DNA from: an uncultured Acidobacteriota bacterium
GTDB taxonomy: Bacteria; Acidobacteriota; Thermoanaerobaculia; UBA5066; Gp7-AA6
DNA: 64,000 nt
NCBI GenBank assembly: GCA_963764715.1
Contig: CAVXTP010000022.1
Location: 224,001 to 288,000, forward strand
Direction of reading: 5' to 3'
The notes under the pieces were generated by a model. The model did no database searches and had not been told where the DNA came from. It worked only from the letters and a program-made list of their open reading frames with translations. Positions 34,335 to 43,895 of the stretch are shown one piece after another; positions within the stretch are counted from its first letter, which is position 1, and each line of letters begins with the position of its first letter. A program made the translations under genes and the position numbers.

Positions 34335-34562
34335 GCCGTCGCCTTCGCTTGCTCCGGGGTCTGCGCCTGCGGCGCACCGGCCTGCGGCTCGCGGATGGCG
34401 CTCGACCGCAGACCTGGCCCTTCACTGCGCGCTTCGCTCCCGCGGCGCGGACCTCCTCCCTCCCTTCGGTCGGGAGACTATCCGCGCCGCGAGCGGATGC
34501 TGCGGTGCCGCGGAAATGAGGCTGGCAGGCTCCGGTCGTCGGGGCGGCCCTTGTGGCCGCCC
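34335..34562. repeat. REP-like multi-hairpin intergenic element plus hairpin between convergent lptE and rpsT
   Basis: GGTCTGCG/CGCAGACC stem; CGCGGCGCGGA (34441-34451) with TCCGCGCCGCG (34481-34491) enclosing CTCCC..TTCG..GGGAG; GGGCGGCC-cttgt-GGCCGCCC at 34542-34562. Confidence 0.65.
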
Positions 34563-34579
34563 GCAACGAATCGCGAAGG

Positions 34580-34825
34580 TTACTTGGCGGCTTTTTTGGC
34601 GAGGCGGCTCTTGTAGCGGGCGGCGGCGTTGCGGTGAATGACGCCTTTGGACAGCGCCCGGTCGATCGCGGAGTGGGTCGCGGGCAGCGCCTCGGCCTTC
34701 GTCTTCGAGTCGGCGGCGCCGTACTTCTTGACGACGCCGCGCAGGCGCGAGACGCGGGCCTTGTTGCGGGCGCGCTTCTTGGCGTTGGTTCGGATGCGTT
34801 TCTCGGCGGACTTGATGTTGGCCAT
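34580..34825 (-). CDS. rpsT: 30S ribosomal protein S20
   Basis: MANIKSAEKRIR..KGVIHRNAAARYKSRL. Confidence 0.97.
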   Translation of the reverse strand: MANIKSAEKRIRTNAKKRARNKARVSRLRGVVKKYGAADSKTKAEALPATHSAIDRALSKGVIHRNAAARYKSRLAKKAAK

Positions 34826-34929
34826 GGTGGCTGCTGTTCGCTCCTAAGCTATTCGTTCCGGTTCCGGCCGCGGGTCGGCGGACCGGGTGGGGGAGAATAT
34901 CGCGTTTCGGCGCCCGTTCAAGCGGGCCG

Positions 34930-35766
34930 TTACTTGGCGTCGACCCCGATGGACTTGAGCCGCGCCCGGGCCAGCCGGGCCTCCTCGGAGGTCGGGAACT
35001 CGTGGATGACGTACTGGAGCTGGACGACGCCCTCGGCCTTCTGGCCCAGCTCGAGCAGGGCGTAGGCTTTCTTGAGGAGCGCGGCGGCGGCCTTGTCGCT
35101 CGCCGGCCACTGCTTCAGGAGCTCCGTGAAGTCGTTGATCGCCTCGGGAAACTTCCGCTGGGCGAAGTGCGACTCGCCGATCCAGTACTGGGCATTGTCG
35201 GAGAGGTCGGTCGACGGATAGCTCGAGAGGTAGTCCTGGAATCCCTGGATCGCCAGGGCATAACGGCCCTTGGAGTAGTCGGCGTAGGCGGTGTCGTAGA
35301 GCTCGGCCGGCGAGGGCCCCGCGGCGCCGGGCCGGGCGGTCGTCGCGGGGGACCCCGGCGCGCCCGCGGGCGGAGCGCCGGGCAACACCGCCCCGCCGCC
35401 GGCGTTGCGCAGCCGGAGCAGCTCGCTCTGCGTCTCGGCGATCTGCTGGGAGAGCTGCGAGAGGCGGCGGTTGGTGTCCTCGAGCTTGGCCTCGAGCTGC
35501 TCCATCTTGGTCGTCAGCTCGGAGAGGCGGATCGCCGTGTCCGCGTTCGACTTCAGGAGCTGCGTGGTCTGGGTCGCGACGTTCTGGTTGAGCTTCTCGA
35601 CTTCTTCCTTGCTCGACGACTTCTTCTCGAGCGTCTGGATCTGTTTCTGGATGTCGCCCATCTGGCGGTGCAGACCCTCGATGTCGTCGGAGGAAACGCA
35701 GGCGGCGCCGGTCAGCGACGCCGCCGCGAGCAGGCCGTACAGGCCGAAGCGCCGGGGACCCGTCAA
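34930..35766 (-). CDS. cpoB: Tol-Pal-associated CpoB/YbgF (coiled coil plus TPR)
   Basis: Lipobox GAAC, coiled coil, TPRs (DNAQYWIGES, AALLKKA); follows pal. Confidence 0.92.
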   Translation of the reverse strand: MTGPRRFGLYGLLAAASLTGAACVSSDDIEGLHRQMGDIQKQIQTLEKKSSSKEEVEKLNQNVATQTTQLLKSNADTAIRLSELTTKMEQLEAKLEDTNRRLSQLSQQIAETQSELLRLRNAGGGAVLPGAPPAGAPGSPATTARPGAAGPSPAELYDTAYADYSKGRYALAIQGFQDYLSSYPSTDLSDNAQYWIGESHFAQRKFPEAINDFTELLKQWPASDKAAAALLKKAYALLELGQKAEGVVQLQYVIHEFPTSEEARLARARLKSIGVDAK

Positions 35767-35767
35767 G

Positions 35768-36334
35768 CTACTTGGCCGTGATGACGAGGTGGGCGCGGCG
35801 GTTCTGCTGCCAGCAGCTCTCGTTCGAGTCCGAGCAGAACGGCCGCTCTTCTCCGTACGATACGGTCTTGATTCGGGAGGCGTCGATGCCGAGCGACACC
35901 AGGTATTCCTTGGCGGCGTTGGCGCGGCGGTCGCCGAGGGCGAGGTTGTAGTTGCCGGTGCCGCGCTCGTCGCAGTGGCCCTCGATCAGGATCTGCACCG
36001 AGGGGTACTTCTTGAGCCACTCGGCGTCGGCGGCGAGCGCCGTGCGGGCGTCCTCGCGCAGGTCGGACTGGTCGTAGTCGAAGTACGCGTCGGTCAGGTA
36101 GCCCTTCTTGTTCATCTCCGCGACGTCCTGCTTGAGCACGTCGGACGTCACGTCGCGGCTGGTGGACGGCGCCGCCGGCGGCGGGACCTGCGTGTCCGAG
36201 GGAGTCTTGGCGGTGACCGGAGGGCGGGCATCCTGTGTGCTCGTGGGAGCCTTCTTCTTGCAACCGGAATTCACGACGAGCGCCACCGTGGCGAGGAGAA
36301 CGAGTGTGGTGAGACCCCTGAGATTCTTCGTCAT
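35768..36334 (-). CDS. pal: Peptidoglycan-associated lipoprotein Pal
   Basis: Lipobox SGC, YFDYD, IEGHCDERGT..YNLALGDRRA, SYGEERP, NRRAH. Confidence 0.97.
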   Translation of the reverse strand: MTKNLRGLTTLVLLATVALVVNSGCKKKAPTSTQDARPPVTAKTPSDTQVPPPAAPSTSRDVTSDVLKQDVAEMNKKGYLTDAYFDYDQSDLREDARTALAADAEWLKKYPSVQILIEGHCDERGTGNYNLALGDRRANAAKEYLVSLGIDASRIKTVSYGEERPFCSDSNESCWQQNRRAHLVITAK

Positions 36335-36438
36335 TCGGTACTCCCTTAAGTCGGTGGAGCGGGGCTCGCAGCGCGGTGGCACCGCCCGGAAACCCAGTGT
36401 AGCAAAGACCTTCGCCAAACCCCAGTCTGAATCGTTCT

Positions 36439-37761
36439 CTACGGAATCCACCAGGGCGAAGAGTGATTTCCTCCGCGCGTCAGCTGGCGCTTGTTCTGCC
36501 CGTTTGCGTCCATCGTGTAGATCTGAGTCGATCCGTTGCGCCGCGAGGCGTAGACGATCTTCTCGCCGTCGGGCGACCACGAGGGGTGGCCGTTCGAGCC
36601 CTCCGACGTGAGCTGGATCGTCTGGCCGGTCGCGAAGTCCATGACGCAGATGTTGAAGTCGCCCTCGTTGCGGCAGGCGAAGGCGATGCGCGCGCCGTCG
36701 GGGGACCAGGCCGCCTCGTCGTTCCAGTTTCCGGCGAGCGTGACCCGGCGCGACCCCGTGCCCTCGGCGTCCATCACGTAGATCTGGGGCGTCCCCGTCA
36801 GGTCCGAGGTGTAGAGGATCTGGCGGCCGGTGGGCGACCAGGCGGGGGAGGCCTCGAGGGCGCGGCTCGTCGTCAGGCGCCGGGCCGGTCCGCCCGCGAC
36901 CCCAATCGTGTAGATGTCGGCGTTGCCTTTGGCCGAGCCGGCGAACGCGATCTGCGAGGCGTCGGGCGAAAGCGAGGGCGACGCGTTGAGCTCGAGGCCC
37001 GTCGCCATCTCGCGCTTGTCGCCGCCGTCGAGCGACATCGTCCAGATCTGGGGATAGAGGTGGACGTAGGACGTGTAGGCGATGCGTCCATTGGCGCCGT
37101 TGGGGTTGAGCGCGATCGACTTGTGCGAGGTCAGCTGGCGCACGCCCCGGCCGTCGAAGTCCATCGCCGAGATCTCCTTGATGGGCGGCTGGTCGGTGAC
37201 GAAGAGGATCGTCGACAGGAAGAGGCCCGGCTTTCCGGTGAAGTACTTGACGATGTCGTTGGCGATCGTGTGCGCGATGCGCTCGACGTAACTGGCGCCT
37301 CCCGAGTAGCGGCGCCCCATGATGAGCTTGCGGGACTTCAGGTCCCAGACGCGGGCCTCGATGGAGACCTTGTCCCCCGCGATCTCGCCGCGGGTGTCGA
37401 TCAGGGCCTCGGCGCCGGTGCCGAGCCAACGGTCGGCCACCTCCGGGGTCGTCGGGTCGCGGTAGCCCGCGGGATAGAGGGCCGGCTCGGCGACCGCGAA
37501 GGCTCCCGCGTACTCGAGGTCCGAGCGCAGCGTCGCCGTGAAGGGCTCCGCGACCTTGTCCTGGAGCCCGGCCGTCCCGGGCGCGAAGAGGGGCGGGACC
37601 GCGACCGCCAGGCGACGGCCCTCCCCGCCCTTGATCGTGATCTGGATGTCCTCGGCGGGGGCCGGCGTGGGCGCCGGCGCCTGGGCGAGGAGCGGGAGCG
37701 CGGCGGCGCCGAGCGCGGCCGCGAGGACGAAGCGTCGAACCATCGGTGACTCCTGGGTCAT
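36439..37761 (-). CDS. tolB: Tol-Pal beta-propeller protein TolB
   Basis: TolB N-domain and PD40 repeats (PAWSPTG, WSPDG). Confidence 0.93.
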   Translation of the reverse strand: MTQESPMVRRFVLAAALGAAALPLLAQAPAPTPAPAEDIQITIKGGEGRRLAVAVPPLFAPGTAGLQDKVAEPFTATLRSDLEYAGAFAVAEPALYPAGYRDPTTPEVADRWLGTGAEALIDTRGEIAGDKVSIEARVWDLKSRKLIMGRRYSGGASYVERIAHTIANDIVKYFTGKPGLFLSTILFVTDQPPIKEISAMDFDGRGVRQLTSHKSIALNPNGANGRIAYTSYVHLYPQIWTMSLDGGDKREMATGLELNASPSLSPDASQIAFAGSAKGNADIYTIGVAGGPARRLTTSRALEASPAWSPTGRQILYTSDLTGTPQIYVMDAEGTGSRRVTLAGNWNDEAAWSPDGARIAFACRNEGDFNICVMDFATGQTIQLTSEGSNGHPSWSPDGEKIVYASRRNGSTQIYTMDANGQNKRQLTRGGNHSSPWWIP

Positions 37762-38522
37762 TCGAAGACGACCTGTATGCCCAAGTGCGGGCCGGGGTAA
37801 TCGGTCGGAAGCGGCGGGAGGGGCGAGGAGGCGATCACCGCGCGCAGCGCGGCCCGGTCGACGAACGGCAGCCCGCTCGACACGACCAGCCGCGGGTCGG
37901 TGATCGTTCCGTCGCGCTCGATCTGGAAGTGCACGACGGGGTTGGTCTGCACGACCTGCGCGGGCTTGAACCAGTTGAGGCTCATGATGCCGACCATCCG
38001 CTCGATGTAGATCGGGTACTTGAAGTCGGCCTGGTCGATCTTGAAGCCGCCGATGCCGGCCGAGCCGCCGGCCCCCGGCGCGGCGCCCGCGGAGGTCCCG
38101 GGCGTCTCGTCCTCGGACGTCGGCAGGTTCACGGCGGGCGTGGCGGCGCGCCCCGGCCGGCTGACGGGCGGAGGCGTCGGCTTCTTCTTGTCCTCCTTGG
38201 CGGGCAGCAGCACGGCCTTCTTCGAAGGCTTGGGGACCTCCTCGACCGGCTTCTCGATCTTCGGCTTTTCGGCGGCCGGCGGCGCCGCGGGCGCGGGAAC
38301 CGGGGCCGGCGCCGGCTTGACCTGCGGCGCCTGGATCGAGCCCGAGCGGAGGAGCCGGATCGCCACCGCGCGCGGCGGCGTGATCCGCATGGGCTTGGCC
38401 ATGAAGGAGGCGAGCAGGCCGCCGAGGACGGCCCCGTGGAGGATGACCGTGAGCACCGTGGCGGGGGCCCACGGCATTCGTTCCTCCTGCCGCGCGGCGA
38501 GGATGCTGCCGACCGCGTCCAT
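37758..38522 (-). CDS. tolA: TolA/TonB-like energy transducer
   Basis: TM helix with His (VILHG), Pro/Lys-rich linker, C-domain FQIERDG..SSG..DRAALRAV..PLPPLP. Confidence 0.85.
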   Translation of the reverse strand: MDAVGSILAARQEERMPWAPATVLTVILHGAVLGGLLASFMAKPMRITPPRAVAIRLLRSGSIQAPQVKPAPAPVPAPAAPPAAEKPKIEKPVEEVPKPSKKAVLLPAKEDKKKPTPPPVSRPGRAATPAVNLPTSEDETPGTSAGAAPGAGGSAGIGGFKIDQADFKYPIYIERMVGIMSLNWFKPAQVVQTNPVVHFQIERDGTITDPRLVVSSGLPFVDRAALRAVIASSPLPPLPTDYPGPHLGIQVVFE

Positions 38523-38550
38523 CAGCGCCCCGGAGCGGTGTGGCGGGGAG

Positions 38551-38979
38551 TCACTTCTTCGAAGCTCCCGAGGTGTCGGTGACGAGGCCGAGGCTCTCGA
38601 TTCCCATCCGGTTCAGGAGGTCGAGGGTCTCGATCACCGTCCCGTACGAGAGCCCGCGGTCGGCTTTCAGCAGCACGGCCTTCTCGCGTCGGCCGCGGAG
38701 AATCGCCCGCAGCCGGTCGCGGAGCAGGCCGCGGGCCACCGGTGTCTCGTTGATGTAGAAGAGCCCTTCGCGCGAGATGGAGAGGACGATCGGGTCCTCG
38801 GGGTTCGACTGGAGGTTGGTCGTCGCCGTCTTCGGCAGCGCGACCGAGATCCCCTGGTGGAGCATGGGGGCCGTGACCATGAAGATGATCAGCAGCACGA
38901 GCATCACGTCCACCAGCGGCGTGACGTTGATGTCCGCGAGGTGGTCGAATTCGTCGGCGGACTGGCGCTGGAATGCCAT
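38551..38979 (-). CDS. tolR: TolR/ExbD
   Basis: INVTPLVDVMLVLLIIFMVTAP, LKADRGLSYG. Confidence 0.93.
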   Translation of the reverse strand: MAFQRQSADEFDHLADINVTPLVDVMLVLLIIFMVTAPMLHQGISVALPKTATTNLQSNPEDPIVLSISREGLFYINETPVARGLLRDRLRAILRGRREKAVLLKADRGLSYGTVIETLDLLNRMGIESLGLVTDTSGASKK

Positions 38980-39000
38980 GCTCTAGGGAGACACCGCGGC

Positions 39001-39746
39001 CTACGTGAAGTTCCTCTCCGCCAGGTTGATGAACTCGAGGGAGAAGTCCTCCATGCCGGCGCGCTGCTGGCGCACCTTGCCCATGAAGTAGTTGTAGAAA
39101 ATCATGGCGGGGATCGCCGCGGCGAGGCCCGCGGCGGTGTTGACGAGGGCCTCGGAGATTCCGGGCGCGACCGCCGCGATCGACGTCGAGCCCGTCATGC
39201 CGATCGCCCGGAAGGACTGCATGATGCCCCACACCGTGCCGAAGAGGCCGATGAACGGGCAGGCCGAGGCCGTCGTGGCGAGGAACGTCATCCACTTCGT
39301 CAGACGCGAGAGCTCGACGCCGATCGCGCGCTCGAGCGCCCGTTCGATCCCGGAGATGTTCTTGATCACGAGCTTGCCCGGACGCGCCGCCGGCCGGTCG
39401 TGGGCGCGTCGTCGGCGCGGTTGGCCTTGACCTGCGCGTCGAGCTCGGCGTAACCGGCTTTGAAGAGGGTCGTCAGGGGCGTGTCCGAGAGCTCGCCGGC
39501 GAAGGTGTTGACCTCGGAGAACCTCTTGGACTTGCGGAAGAAGGCCACGAACTTATCGGACTGGCGGGACACCCGGCGGAGCCGGATGAACTTGGCGAAA
39601 ATGATCGCCCACGACACGAACGAAAAGAGCAGGAGGATGCCCAGGACGACCTTGGCGGTGGTCCCGGTTTCCCAGAAAAACGAGAGGATGGAGGTCTGAC
39701 CCGGCAGATTTTCGGTGGATACGGGCTGAAAAGCGGTCGCCAACAT
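39001..39746 (-). CDS. tolQ: TolQ/ExbB proton channel, frameshift near 39385
   Basis: N-terminal TM SFVSWAIIFAK in one frame; LATTASACPFIGLFGTVWGIM, VAPGISEAL in another. Confidence 0.92.
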
Positions 39747-39788
39747 CGGTTTCGACCGTAACATAGGGACATGAGAGGGTCAAAGGGA

Positions 39789-41657
39789 ATGGAGCGGCGG
39801 AGTCGGGGCGTTGTGCCGTTCGTGAGACTGCTCTCGAGCCGTCGGTTGGGCCTCATGCTGCTCGGAGCGCTGCTCTCGGCGGCCGCGGCGACCGCGACCG
39901 AGATCTTCCCCGTCAAGGACCTCGCTCCCGGCATGCGGGGCTTCACCCTCTCCGATCTCGGCGACGGCAAGGGCGTCCAGCGTTACGACATCGAGATCGT
40001 CGGCGTGCTCCAGAGCTACGCCCCGAAGCAGGACCTGGTGCTGGCGCGCGTCCTGAACGACGCCATCGAGAAGACCGGGATCATCGCGGGCATGAGCGGG
40101 AGCCCGGTCTACGTCGACGGGCGCCTCGTCGGAGCGCTCGCCTACGGATGGCCCTTTTCGCGGGAGCCGATCTGCGGCATCACGCCGATCCAGAGCATGC
40201 TCGACATCCGCAAGGCGCCCGCGGCGCCTCCCGTCCCGATCGGGGGCGCGGCCGCGCCGGCGGCGCAGTTCGTTTCGACCTTCGGCGGGCGCGATTTCGC
40301 CGGAGGGCTGACGGCGCTGCTCTCGCCGCTCAAGGGCGGCGAAGGGGCGAGCGCGGGCCCGGTGCCCCTGCCTCTGCCGGTGTCCTTCACGGGAGCGACG
40401 GCGGGCGGGACCCTCTTCGGGCGCGTCGCGGAGGCGGCCGGCTGGCTCGTCGCGCCGTCGGGCGCCTCGGCCGCGGCGCATGCCGCGGCGGCTCCGGGAG
40501 GCGGCGGGACGGTGCCGGATCCGGCCCATCGTCTGGAGCCGGGCTCGGCCGTCGCCGCCGTGCTTCTTTCGGGCGACATGGTCCTTTCGGCGACCGGGAC
40601 CGTCACGTGGGTCGACGGCAACTCGATCCTGGCGTTCGGCCACCCGTTCCTCTCGATGGGGCCGGTCGACATGCCGATGGCGCAGGCCGAGGTCCTGACC
40701 GTCCTGCCGTCGCTCTACCGCTCCTTCAAGTTCTCGACGACGGGCCCGGTGCTCGGCTCGGTCTCGCAGGACCGCTCGACCGGAATCCTCGGCAGCTTCG
40801 GCAAGCCGCCGACCATGGTGCCGGTGACGATCCGCATGACGTCCGAGGATGTCCCGACCCAGACCTTCAAGTTCGAGGTCGTCCACAACGCGATGCTGAC
40901 GCCGATCCTCGTGGCGCTCGCGACGGACAACGTGCTGACGACCCTGGAGAAGCGGGCCGGGGAACGCACGATCGTCTGGAAATCGGCGATCGCGACCGAC
41001 GACCGCACCGTGCGCTGGGACTCGGTCTTCTCGGGGCTCTCCGCCCGCGAGGAGGCCGTGGGCTCGCTCGCCCTCCTGACGAACTACCTGATGGCCAACG
41101 AATTTCACGACCTCTCGATCCGGGGCGTCGAGATCGAGATCGTGCACTCCGACCGGCTCCAGAGCGCCCGGATCATCCACGTCGAGGCGCAGAAGGAGCG
41201 CGTCCGGCCGGGCGACACGGTGCCGGTGTGGGTCGACCTCGAGGACTTCCGGGGCGGTCCCCGCCGCGTGGTGATGACGGCCCGGGTTCCCGAGGACGCG
41301 CCGCCCGGGCCGCTGACGGTCTTCGTCGGCGACGGAAACGCCGCGACGGCGTACGATCTCGCCCTCTATCCGCCGGACCCGCACTCGCTCGACCAGGTCC
41401 TCGACTTCATCTCGCGCATGCGGCCGGCCAACACGCTGAACCTCCTGACCTACCGGGCCGCTCCCGGAGCGGTCGTCAACGGCGAAGCGCTCGCGGCGCT
41501 GCCGCCGACGCGGGCCGCCCTCCTGAAGGACCGCGGACCGGGGGACGGGACGCCGGACCTCGGCTACCTGCGCCTCCAGGCCGAGTCGATCGAGCAACCC
41601 GTTCCCGTGACCGGTTCGGCGCGGCTGAACCTGGAAGTGTTGCCGAGGGTCTGGTGA
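39789..41657 (+). CDS. SpoIVB-like S55 serine peptidase, exported (start uncertain, 39771-39856)
   Basis: TGIIAGMSGSPVYVDGRLVGALAYG, GITPIQSM, GTVTWVDG..AFGHPF, QDRSTGI. Confidence 0.85.
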   Translation: MERRSRGVVPFVRLLSSRRLGLMLLGALLSAAAATATEIFPVKDLAPGMRGFTLSDLGDGKGVQRYDIEIVGVLQSYAPKQDLVLARVLNDAIEKTGIIAGMSGSPVYVDGRLVGALAYGWPFSREPICGITPIQSMLDIRKAPAAPPVPIGGAAAPAAQFVSTFGGRDFAGGLTALLSPLKGGEGASAGPVPLPLPVSFTGATAGGTLFGRVAEAAGWLVAPSGASAAAHAAAAPGGGGTVPDPAHRLEPGSAVAAVLLSGDMVLSATGTVTWVDGNSILAFGHPFLSMGPVDMPMAQAEVLTVLPSLYRSFKFSTTGPVLGSVSQDRSTGILGSFGKPPTMVPVTIRMTSEDVPTQTFKFEVVHNAMLTPILVALATDNVLTTLEKRAGERTIVWKSAIATDDRTVRWDSVFSGLSAREEAVGSLALLTNYLMANEFHDLSIRGVEIEIVHSDRLQSARIIHVEAQKERVRPGDTVPVWVDLEDFRGGPRRVVMTARVPEDAPPGPLTVFVGDGNAATAYDLALYPPDPHSLDQVLDFISRMRPANTLNLLTYRAAPGAVVNGEALAALPPTRAALLKDRGPGDGTPDLGYLRLQAESIEQPVPVTGSARLNLEVLPRVW

Positions 41658-43836
41658 GGCGGGGCCTCACCCGGGTCGGCGCGCCGGCGCTCGCGGCGGC
41701 GCTCGCGGCGGCGTCGCTTTCGGCATCGACCGTCCGGATCTGGGTCTGCGACACGTCGGCGGACTTCTCGCTCGGCGAGGCGCGAGGCATCTCGGTCACC
41801 GCCGACGGCGCGCTCGTCGCCGGCCGGAGCCTCGCGAAGGTCGACGGGATCTCCGAGGCGGTCCTCTTCGGGGCCGCCGCGGGCAAGGGCGGCGAGCTCT
41901 ACGTGGGGACCGGAGACTCGGGCCGGATCCTGCGCGTCTCCTCGTCGGGGGCCGTCGACATCTGGGCGACCCTGCCCGAGCAGGAGGTCACGGCGCTCGT
42001 GGTCGGACCGGACGGCGCCGTCTACGCCGGCGGCTCGCCGGGCGGCAAGGTCTACCGCGTCGAGAACGGGAAGGCCGCGGTCTACTACGAGACGAAGGCG
42101 CAGTACGTGTGGGCGCTGGCCTTCTCCGGCCCCGTCCTGTACGTCGCGACGGGCCTGCCGGGCGAGATTCACCGCGTCCGCACCTCGGGGCAGGGCGAGC
42201 GCGTCTACGCGACGACGGACGCCCACGTGCGCTCGCTCTATCGCCGACGGCGTCGGCCGTGTCTGGGCCGGCACGTCCGGCTCCGGCCTCGTGCTGCGGA
42301 TCGACAAGACCGGCCGCGTGTCGACGATCTACGACTCCTGCGAAGCCCGAGATCACCGCGATCACGGCGGACGCCAGCGGGAGGATCTGGGCGGCCGCCG
42401 GCGCGGCGGACATGTCCGCCCCGAACGCCGAGCCGATCTCGGTTCCCGTCGTGGCCGCCGCCGCGAAGCCCGCGCGCAGCGGCTCCCCGACGGACGAAGA
42501 GGACCGATCGAAGCCCGAGGTCACCGTGAGCGTCTCGACGCCGCGCCTGGCCCCTTCGCGGGGGTCCGCGCGGGGCGGGTATTCCTCCGAGATCGTCCTG
42601 TTCGAGGAAGGGGAGCCGCCCCGCTCGGTCTGGACCGGGGCGGAGGAGGTGGTCTTCGATCTCGCGCGGGACGACGCCGGCGGCGGGGTCGTGGCGGCCA
42701 CGGGGCCCCGCGGCAAGCTCTACGCGATCGCTCCCGACACGGCCGCCCTCGTGCGGACCTTCGACGAGAAGCAGGTCACGTTCCTCGGCGGGAGGCGACG
42801 TCGGGCTGAACGCGTCGACGGCCCTGTACCGGGGCAAGCCCGGGCGGCTCGGTCGGCGAGTACGTCTCGCCCGTCAAGGACACCGGACGGACCAGCCGGT
42901 TCGGCGCGTTCCGGTGGGAAGGAGACGCGCCCTCGGGCTCTCGGATCCAGTTCGCGTTCCGGTCCGGCGAGTCGTCCACTCCCGACGGCACCTGGAGCGA
43001 GTGGACGGCCTGGGAAGAGGGCGCGCGGACCGTGGCGATCGCGGTCCCGGACGGGCGGTTCCTGCAGTGGAAGGTCCGCATGGAGTCGGACGGGTCGCGG
43101 ACCCCGCGGATCCGGCGCACGGAGGCGGCCTACCGCAACCGCAACTCGGCCCCGGTGATCGAGAGCGTGGTCGCGCTCGAGCCGGCCGAGATCCTGGCGC
43201 GGTCGGGCTCGAGCGGCACGAACGTGTTCGAGTCCTCGGCGCCCGACGAGAAAGGCATCTTCACGAGCCTCGAGGAGCCGAAGTCCGAGGGCTCGCCGCG
43301 CAAGCTCTTCCGCAAGGGCTACCGGACGATCCAGTGGAAGGCGACCGATCCCGACGGGGACCCGATGGCCTACGAGATCGATTTCCGGCCGGCCGGAGGC
43401 TCGAAGTGGATGGTCCTTCGCAAGGACGTCCGCGACTCGTCCTACTCGTTCGACTCGACGTCCCTGCCCGACGGCGAGTACGTCTTCCGCGTGACCGCGT
43501 CGGACGCCGAGGCGAACCCGAGCGACGCGAAGTCGACGTCGCGCGACTCGTCGCCGGTCCGGCTCGACAACGCGCCCCCGGCGATCCGCGAGGTCTCGCG
43601 CTCGGCCGGGCGTGCTCGAGGTCGAGGTCACGGACGCGGGCTCGCCGCTGACGGAGGCCGAGTACAGCGTCGACGCCCGCAAGTGGACCCGCGTCGAGGC
43701 CAAGGACGGGCTCTCCGATTCGCCCCGCGAGAACTACGTGATCCGGCTCCCGGCGGACGCCCGCGGCGGCTACCTGCTCGTGCGCGTCACCGACTCCGCC
43801 CGCAACGTCGCGACCGAGTCCTACACCGCGCCGTAG
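41654..43836 (+). CDS. Secreted beta-propeller plus FN3/Ig-like protein, multiple frameshifts
   Basis: Signal peptide; propeller repeats (LYVGTGDSGRILRV, VYAGGSPGGKVYRV, YVWALAF); C-terminal WKATDPDGD, LPDGEYVFRVTASD, VRLDNAPP. Confidence 0.8.
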
Positions 43837-43895
43837 CCGGCGAAGCGACCGGCCGCGGGCCCTCCGGCGCGCGAGTCCGTCATAATCTGATCGCG

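Noticed and set aside
36400-36420. Possible sigma54 promoter upstream of pal (TGGC..TTGC on the minus strand)
   Set aside because: GG-to-GC spacing is 11 nt, not the required 10; it reads better as an extended -10.
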